From contig CBDCTZ010000015.1 of assembly GCA_965222375.1 (NCBI GenBank), positions 96,001-160,000 on the forward strand: 64,000 nucleotides of DNA. Reading direction: 5' to 3'. The translations under genes and the position numbers were made by a program. The notes under the pieces are model-generated. The model worked only from the letters and a program-made list of their open reading frames with translations, made no database searches and was not told the origin of the DNA. Positions within the stretch are counted from its first letter, which is position 1, and every line of letters begins with the position of its first letter. This stretch comes from Polyangiaceae bacterium (GTDB lineage: Bacteria; Myxococcota_A; Polyangia; Polyangiales; Polyangiaceae). Shown piece after piece: positions 58,055 to 64,000 of the stretch.

Positions 58055-59115
58055 GTTCCGCTCTCCAAAGTCGCGACCACCTGCCCCTGGCCCGCCGGCC
58101 CCCAAGTGCCGTGGGCCAAAGCGCAGCGGAGGTCGGGCTCGGCGCGCATTCGGCGCGCCGCAGCGCAAAACCGCGAAAGACCCGCTGCCACGGGAGCGAC
58201 GCCGCCGAACAGCCCACCATCGGGCGAAACGAGAGCGTCACGCCGAGGCTTGACGGCATGGATGAACAGTTCTTCCTCGTGCGGGTACAAGCAGGACGGC
58301 TCGAGCAGGTCGAACCCGGTCGCGTCGTTGATAGATGCTTGTGACAGCGCCCGGCTACACGCCCGCGACAGGCCGCTCCATTGCGAAAGGTCACGTTCAC
58401 CGAGATTGTGGCGATCGAGATCGTGTCCCACGCCGGTGAGAAGCAGCCGAGCGCTGTTTTTGGCACTACCCGCGGCGTCCACTCGGCGCAACACGACCGC
58501 GCAAGCCCCATCGGCAAAGGGAGCGCACATGGCATCGGTTAGTGGGGCCGCAACCAGCGGAGACGCCAGGACATGCGCGGCATCGATGGCTGGAGCATTT
58601 GGAGCAGCACTGCAGCGCTCGGCCGCAGTGTGCGCCCAGCGTTCGATCGAACTCGGGTCGGCGGCAGCGATACGCTGCGCCACCAAACCCGCACACGCCA
58701 GAAAGTCGACCCCGAGCGGTTGCAAGTAGATCGGGTCCATCGCCCAAGCAGTCAGCGCTTGATGCGGCGTCATCGAGGCTTTGCCGTGCGCCACGACCAG
58801 TACCATGTCGTACGCGCCAGCCCACAGTTGGCACGCAGCGTGTGCCAGAGCGCACAAGCCATCTGCCGCAATTCGAGTCTCGGGCTTCATCACTGCTCCG
58901 ACCACTTCGGTGACGGCAATGTTCGAGGCAGTGAGCCCGTCGAGGAGGTCGACTGACGCCGTGACCACTGCGTCGATTGCAGAAGCGTCCGTGCCCGCAT
59001 CCGCCAGTGCACACTCCACTGCGTCGAGTACCATTTCGGGAATCGACCGCGGGTCTTGCGCAACGGGCCCGGCTTGGCCAATGCCCGCTACACCTATGCA
59101 AGTTGGTCCTTTCAC
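58051..59115 (-). CDS. Degenerate thiolase-fold protein, Ltp4-like partner subunit
   Basis: S.DLLDG, ADGLCAL, V.HGKAS, DP.Y..PLG.D, DGACAVV, ALAHGT.GP.GQ. Confidence 0.75.
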   Translation of the reverse strand: MKGPTCIGVAGIGQAGPVAQDPRSIPEMVLDAVECALADAGTDASAIDAVVTASVDLLDGLTASNIAVTEVVGAVMKPETRIAADGLCALAHAACQLWAGAYDMVLVVAHGKASMTPHQALTAWAMDPIYLQPLGVDFLACAGLVAQRIAAADPSSIERWAHTAAERCSAAPNAPAIDAAHVLASPLVAAPLTDAMCAPFADGACAVVLRRVDAAGSAKNSARLLLTGVGHDLDRHNLGERDLSQWSGLSRACSRALSQASINDATGFDLLEPSCLYPHEEELFIHAVKPRRDALVSPDGGLFGGVAPVAAGLSRFCAAARRMRAEPDLRCALAHGTWGPAGQGQVVATLESGT

Positions 59116-60260
59116 CGCGGCTCGAGCCCCTTGGTTCTGGCAATGATCTCGCGCATGATTTCGCTGCTCCCCGCGCCTACGGAAAACGCGAGGGAATCCC
59201 GGGCAAGCCGCGCGATTTGGAACTCCTCCATGTAGCCGTTGCCACCGAAGATTTGCGCGCAGTCATGACGAACGCGCACCGACGACTCCGCGGCAAACAG
59301 CTTGGCCATGGAAATCTCTGCGTTGCAGGACTCGCCGCGAACGTACAGGTCAATGGCGCGGTAGGTCAGCGCTTCGGCCGCCTCGATAGTCGTAAGCGCA
59401 TCCGCAAGGCGATGGCGCCAAGTTTGAAAGCCCAAAATGGGGCTTCCAAACGCCTTCCGTTCGAGGCCATAGCGGCGGGCCTCCTCCCACATCAATCGCA
59501 TCTGGGCGCAACAGATCAACGCGAGCACGAGCCGTTCACCCTCGAACCCTTGCATCAGCAGTCGGAAACCGCCGTTCTCGGGACCGAGGAGGTTCTCGGC
59601 CGGAACTCGGCAATCCTCGAATACGAGTTCGGCCGTGTCTGAAGAGTGAGTGCCGATCTTGGACAGCCGCCGTCCACATGAGAAGCCTGGCGCATCACTG
59701 GGAATGAGCAGAAGGGAGAGCCCTTTGTGTCCTGGGCCGCCAGTACGTACGACCGTCGTCACGAAGTCGGCGATGCTTCCGTTGCTTATGAATGTCTTGG
59801 TGCCGTTGACGACGTAGTCGTTCCCGCCCCGCACGGCTGTGGTTCGAATGGCGCCAACGTCGCTTCCAGCGTCCGGCTCGGTCGCGCCCAACGCCCCAAT
59901 TCGCTCCCCAATGATCGCTGGACGAACGAACGCCTCCTTTTGCGCCGCTGTGCCAACGCGATCGATGACTTTGGTGGCGAATTCCGCGTGAGCCAACACG
60001 CTCACCACGACTCCAACTGAGCCGGACCGGACCAACTCCTGCACCAAGACCGCGGTGTGCCAAAAGTTGAGGCCGCCTCCCCCACAGTCCTCCGAGAGCC
60101 TGATCCCGAGGAAGCCAAGCTCGCCAAGTCGTCGGAACAACGGCCGTGGAACCGCGCCGGCCTGCTCCCACTCAGCTACGTGAGGCTTGACCTCACGATC
60201 GACGAACTCACGCAGGGAGTTCCGAAGCAAGTCGTGTTCACCGGTAAACGCTGTCGCCAT
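59112..60260 (-). CDS. Acyl-CoA dehydrogenase (LCAD/AtuD-like catalytic Glu position)
   Basis: TEPDAGSD, G.KTFISNG, SDTAEL.F, GFEGERL, VGAGSSEIM. Confidence 0.92.
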   Translation of the reverse strand: MATAFTGEHDLLRNSLREFVDREVKPHVAEWEQAGAVPRPLFRRLGELGFLGIRLSEDCGGGGLNFWHTAVLVQELVRSGSVGVVVSVLAHAEFATKVIDRVGTAAQKEAFVRPAIIGERIGALGATEPDAGSDVGAIRTTAVRGGNDYVVNGTKTFISNGSIADFVTTVVRTGGPGHKGLSLLLIPSDAPGFSCGRRLSKIGTHSSDTAELVFEDCRVPAENLLGPENGGFRLLMQGFEGERLVLALICCAQMRLMWEEARRYGLERKAFGSPILGFQTWRHRLADALTTIEAAEALTYRAIDLYVRGESCNAEISMAKLFAAESSVRVRHDCAQIFGGNGYMEEFQIARLARDSLAFSVGAGSSEIMREIIARTKGLEPR

Positions 60261-60287
60261 AGGCTCACTCCCCCCTTGTCCCGAATG

Positions 60288-60316
60288 GCACTAACTGAGT
60301 AATACTCAGTAGTCAA
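60288..60316 (-). promoter_or_regulatory. Promoter with palindromic operator for the acyl-CoA operon
   Basis: Minus strand TTGACT-17 nt-TAGTGC; the 17-nt spacer is the inverted repeat ACTGAGTA-N-TACTCAGT (60294-60310). Confidence 0.75.
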
Positions 60317-60440
60317 GCGATACTCGATTAGTTAGGAACTCACAAACCTAGGCGCACTCACCTATACTATTGAAATTACATGAGCTTTGTCTCCCGACCT
60401 CCGCCCGGGGTGCTTTCGAACTACGCGTAGTGGGGCGGAT

Positions 60441-61430
60441 TCACTCCGCCGGCGGGGCTGGGCTTCCTGCTTGCGCGGCGAGTTCGAAGTACGCGGTCAG
60501 CAAGCTGCTGGACGCGGTCGGAGCGACGATCTCATCCCACGGTCCTGGCAGCTTGGCGGCATGCGCGAAGATCACCCAACCGCCACAGCGGTCGCAATCG
60601 GCGCTGTTCCCATAACAGCATTTGGGTGTCGTGAACGCGCCGCTGTCCACGTACAGAGGCAGCACCGTTCTCAGGGGCGGGCAGTTGTCCGTCACCAACT
60701 TCGCGGTCGACGCCCGCATCAACTCCAAGGCTCGCGTCGAATTCCAGATGAAACCTCGATAGCGCCGCTTCAGTTCAAGGACGATGTCCACGGCCTCCTC
60801 GCGCTCCTCCACATCGCGCCAAGACAGTTCGGAGTGCTCACCCTCGTTCGGCACGTGAAAGCTGAAAGCCATTCCGTCGACGGGTGTGTCAATATAGTCA
60901 CGTATTAGTTCCTCGAGTCGATGCTGGTTCTGTTTCGTGACTACGCATTGGATCTGCACGGTGGGCTCGAACCTTTCCGGGATCGCCAATAGCGTCTTGC
61001 GCACTTTCTTGTAGACGCCCTCACCACGGACTTGGTCGTTGAGGTCCTCGGGACCGTCCAGGGATACGACGTAGGTGACCGTTGGCCCGAAGTCCTTGAG
61101 TGGAATAGTGCCGTTGGTCGTGATGATGTTGCGGCTGAAGAGCCGAATACCGCGCTCCAGCATGCGCCACCGGATCATCGGTTCACCCCCCATCCACAGC
61201 ATTGCCGCGAGGCCGTGGCGATCCCGAACCCGCTCCACCTCGGCCAGAAGCCGGTCGTCAGGCATGTCGTGGGCTGGATCGTTTGGATTGCCGTCAGTGA
61301 ATATGAAGCAGTGGGAGCAGGTGAGGTTGCAGCGGTTGGTGACATTGAGCATCGCGGCGGGAAATTGCCGTGGCGGCTCCTCAGCCAAGCGATCGCGGGG
61401 AACTGACTGAGCGTAGATCGGTAACCTCAT
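60441..61430 (-). CDS. Radical SAM protein with a short C-terminal Cys cluster
   Basis: TNRCNLTCSHC, GGEP, TTNGT, SLDG, C-terminal C...CCYGNSADCDRCG. Confidence 0.88.
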   Translation of the reverse strand: MRLPIYAQSVPRDRLAEEPPRQFPAAMLNVTNRCNLTCSHCFIFTDGNPNDPAHDMPDDRLLAEVERVRDRHGLAAMLWMGGEPMIRWRMLERGIRLFSRNIITTNGTIPLKDFGPTVTYVVSLDGPEDLNDQVRGEGVYKKVRKTLLAIPERFEPTVQIQCVVTKQNQHRLEELIRDYIDTPVDGMAFSFHVPNEGEHSELSWRDVEEREEAVDIVLELKRRYRGFIWNSTRALELMRASTAKLVTDNCPPLRTVLPLYVDSGAFTTPKCCYGNSADCDRCGGWVIFAHAAKLPGPWDEIVAPTASSSLLTAYFELAAQAGSPAPPAE

Positions 61431-62263
61431 GCGGCCCTCCCTGGGTCATGAAACGAAAGCAATGACTCGAGCGCAGGAGCCCCCTGCTCTCGCATGAACC
61501 GCTGCCAACACTGGCGCCCCGTGCGCTCATAGGCGCGCATCGCTTCGATCAACTCGCGACGCGACTTCGCAGACACGATTGGCTCTGGCAGCAACGGGTC
61601 GAATGCGAGCTGCCGAATTGCCCCTCCCCCGAGGGCGAAGGTCTCCAGCATAGCCTTCTCGAGCGGCAGACAATGCAGGCGAGCGCCGCTGGCTTCGAGC
61701 TCTCTGCGCGTCTTGGCGTAGCCTCGCTGGATCGCGGCCGAATCCCAAAGCCGCCGCGCACGGCTTTCTGTGCTCTGGTCAAAGTCGCTCGCCGCAAACA
61801 CAACCGCACTCTTTTCGAGCCCCAGGTCAACCAGCTCATCGCGCACTCCCGCTGCCCCTCCTCGGAGATTGTCCGGGCGCACCCAAAGCCCCGAAGAAAG
61901 CTCGCGTAATCCAATGAAGTCGATTGCACGCTGTCGATGCCGGACCGCCGTTCGGTCACGCTTTCCTAGCCCCGCCGTGTGGACACCGATCCAGCCACCT
62001 CGCCAAGGAAGCAGGCGATCCTGAAGACGGGACCAAGATGTCACATGCCGCTGGACCGGAAAAGCCGCTGGGGCAAGGCCATAGCAACCCCGATCGTTGT
62101 TTTCGACCTTCCCGTCCGTGAGCAATCGCGCCAGCGCAACTCGCAAACTGTTGTCGGAGATACTGAAGACCTCGGCAACTCGCACGAGCGCACGAACCGG
62201 CACGTCTTGCCCGCCAACCGCGGACAGCACGTCCAGCACCAAGCTGCGCGCCGTGGGCTTCAT
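61427..62263 (-). CDS. PaaX-like transcriptional regulator
   Basis: wHTH RSLVLD.L...NSLRVALARL...G.Y.L, W.GGW, LWVRPDNL, LWD, DPLLPEP. Confidence 0.85.
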   Translation of the reverse strand: MKPTARSLVLDVLSAVGGQDVPVRALVRVAEVFSISDNSLRVALARLLTDGKVENNDRGCYGLAPAAFPVQRHVTSWSRLQDRLLPWRGGWIGVHTAGLGKRDRTAVRHRQRAIDFIGLRELSSGLWVRPDNLRGGAAGVRDELVDLGLEKSAVVFAASDFDQSTESRARRLWDSAAIQRGYAKTRRELEASGARLHCLPLEKAMLETFALGGGAIRQLAFDPLLPEPIVSAKSRRELIEAMRAYERTGRQCWQRFMREQGAPALESLLSFHDPGRAA

Positions 62264-62269
62264 GATCAA

Positions 62270-62298
62270 ATATTACTCATGAGTATGATTTGTGTCAA
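62270..62298 (-). promoter_or_regulatory. Near-consensus sigma70 promoter with palindrome; leaderless start
   Basis: Minus strand TTGACA-17 nt-TAATAT-6 nt-ATG; palindrome TACTCATGAGTA at 62274-62285. Confidence 0.8.
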
Positions 62299-62434
62299 AT
62301 CCCGTAATATTAGCCCAATGACCGAGGGCGCCGACGAATTGCGGAAGCGCAGCGCTTGGGACCTCTGGCGTGGGGTGGCGAGCGAGACGGAGCGTCTTCC
62401 TGGTATTTCAGGGCGCGGGATGGAGCGCGCACCT

Positions 62435-62466
62435 CGTGGGGAGGAAGGCGGACCCTCCTCCCCACG
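62435..62466. other. Strong intergenic hairpin (possible terminator)
   Basis: CGTGGGGAGGA / TCCTCCCCACG perfect 11-bp stem downstream of the 62517 gene; no U-tract on the minus strand. Confidence 0.45.
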
Positions 62467-62516
62467 TTTGGGCGCACAAGATGCGGCGCGCGCCGCACTG
62501 GCGCCCCGCGATGGGT

Positions 62517-63179
62517 TTAGCCCATGGCGTCCGGTGGGATCCCGTAGCCCGGCACCGGAGGCATGTCGAACTCCGAACTATCCCACTGAAACCTTCGCTC
62601 AACCTCGGGGTCCATCGTCGGCATCGTCATCGGCGCAGCCGGATCCAATGGCCATCGCTCCTCGGCCTCGACACTGATATAGGCCGTCAGGTGCGTCACC
62701 GAGGTCAAACGCTGGGCGGGCTGGATGCTCAGCAGCATCAGCGCCGGGTCCGCTAGGGCGAGCACGACTTCCTCGCCGTCCAGGGTCAGTGAGCGGGCGA
62801 AATCGTCCGTCGTATCCAATAGGCGGTTGAGCAGCGCACCGGTCCCGTGGGGCAAGTCGCTCAGGAACTGGCGCGAGGGGTCGTCTGGCGGGCCCCCGAT
62901 GACCACTCGCCCGCCAGGCAAGCGCAGCGAACGCCGTGTCTTCAAGCGCAGCGAGAAACCACCATGCTCCGTCGACAGCTCTACGGTCACATTGTGCACC
63001 GCATAACGACCGTGGATCGTGACGGCACTCTCCGCGAGCGCCGCCCGACCCAAGACAGCGGGCGCCATCTGCTCGGCAACGCCGTGGGCAAATCGCGTGC
63101 GCTCCGGCTCGCTCAGCGCGACGAACTGCGCGGCGGCCATCACCGCGTTGTCTCCACCGAGCTGATCGAAGTAGCTCAC
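62517..63179 (-). CDS. Hypothetical protein
   Basis: 220-aa ORF filling the gap, with plausible composition; no family recognised. Confidence 0.5.
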   Translation of the reverse strand: MSYFDQLGGDNAVMAAAQFVALSEPERTRFAHGVAEQMAPAVLGRAALAESAVTIHGRYAVHNVTVELSTEHGGFSLRLKTRRSLRLPGGRVVIGGPPDDPSRQFLSDLPHGTGALLNRLLDTTDDFARSLTLDGEEVVLALADPALMLLSIQPAQRLTSVTHLTAYISVEAEERWPLDPAAPMTMPTMDPEVERRFQWDSSEFDMPPVPGYGIPPDAMG

Positions 63180-63321
63180 GCCCCAAGGGTACCATGCCTC
63201 TTCGCCGGCATCGGGCAGCTGTGATCCACGCCAGCTCCACGGCCCATGGACTCGGCTCCCCCTTTCAACCTAGCGTTCCTTCAATGCGCCGCACCAGGAA
63301 TCCACTCGTCGAGCAGTAGCC

Positions 63322-64000
63322 GTGCACGGACTCGACTTCCTCCGCGACCTTTTGGTGGCCTTCGCGCTCGGGGGCGTGGTCGTCTACGCGCTCAGATCGA
63401 TCAAACTGCCACCCATCGTGGGGCTGTTGGTGGCGGGAGCACTGGTCGGCCCCCACGGTTTCAGTTTGATTCGAGATCCGCACCGGGTCGAGGTCCTGGC
63501 GGAGATCGGCGTGGTGCTGCTGCTCTTCACGATCGGGCTCGAGTTTTCCCTCGGGCAGCTCGCCAAGATGTGGAGGGTGATCGTGATTGGGGGAGGTGGC
63601 CAAGTGGCGCTCACCATCGGTGTGTCAGCGCTGATTGCTAGCCAACTCGGCATCACTCCGAAATCCCGAGCGCTATTTTTTGGTTTTCTCGTCGCCCTAT
63701 CGAGCACGGCAATCGTGCTTCGGCTACTGGGCAGCAAAGGCGAACTTTCTGCGCCGCACGGGCGCCTCTCGTTGGGCGTATTGCTTTTCCAAGACCTAGC
63801 AATCGTCCCGTTGGTGCTCCTGACTCCCTACCTCGCCGGAGGCGATACGGGCAGCGGCTCTCTCGGGTTCACTTTGCTGAAGGCGGCGGGCATCGTGGTC
63901 GGGGTCGTCATCGCAGCTCGCAAGCTCGTGCCGCCGCTGCTGTATCGGGTGGTGAAGACCCGGAGTCGAGAACTGTTCCTGACCTTGCTCGTAGTGCTGT
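63322..64000 (+). CDS. CPA2 cation:proton antiporter (KefB/KefC-like), 3' truncated by window edge
   Basis: Translated by hand from GTG 63322: LPPIVGLL.AG...GP, LAEIGVVLLLFTIGLEFS, ALSSTAIVL, GVLLFQDLA. Absent from the ORF track because it has no stop in the window. Confidence 0.9.
   Translation, partial: MHGLDFLRDLLVAFALGGVVVYALRSIKLPPIVGLLVAGALVGPHGFSLIRDPHRVEVLAEIGVVLLLFTIGLEFSLGQLAKMWRVIVIGGGGQVALTIGVSALIASQLGITPKSRALFFGFLVALSSTAIVLRLLGSKGELSAPHGRLSLGVLLFQDLAIVPLVLLTPYLAGGDTGSGSLGFTLLKAAGIVVGVVIAARKLVPPLLYRVVKTRSRELFLTLLVVL

Noticed and set aside
61427..62263. Phenylacetate (paa) catabolic cluster
   Set aside because: No paaABCE epoxidase, paaK or paaZ; only PaaX-like and PaaG/PaaI-fold family resemblance.
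48400..63200. Genomic island boundaries around the catabolic operon
   Set aside because: No integrase, tRNA or flanking direct repeat seen; a compositional shift cannot be established without computing GC and codon usage.
63246..63641. 131-aa + strand ORF from the track
   Set aside because: Out-of-frame overlap with the clearly recognisable CPA2 antiporter starting at 63322.

Overview
High-GC bacterial window, most likely from Myxococcota (Polyangia/Polyangiaceae-like). This is inferred from MYXO-CTERM-type tails, DUF4215 and MopE-like Cys motifs, and many Gly-linker/Cys-rich lipoproteins. About 65 CDS; no rRNA, tRNA, CRISPR array or transposase was recognised. Main content: (1) a class-III aminotransferase-luxE-luxC-like operon without luciferase (1-2549); (2) a PP2C-cNMP phosphatase and a GTP-dependent PEP carboxykinase with a 1-nt frameshift; (3) a radical SAM protein with the motif layout of archaeal tetraether synthase (Tes/GDGT-MAS) but lacking one auxiliary Fe-S motif (12754-14628), the top candidate of interest; (4) an accessory stretch of secreted lipoproteins (LamG, Tudor-like, somatomedin-B-like, VWA, metallopeptidases) plus a DEAD-box helicase, cold-shock protein and DyP; (5) a tightly coupled 14-gene acyl-CoA catabolic operon (48479-60260) with an Ltp4/Ltp3-like aldolase pair, two DUF35 proteins, three crotonases with different active sites, BKACE and an amidohydrolase, preceded by a palindromic operator and a PaaX-like regulator/radical SAM pair. 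Non-coding signals include a dispersed ~80-bp repeat, many apparently leaderless genes and two operator palindromes. All family calls rest on motif recognition from memory, not database searches.
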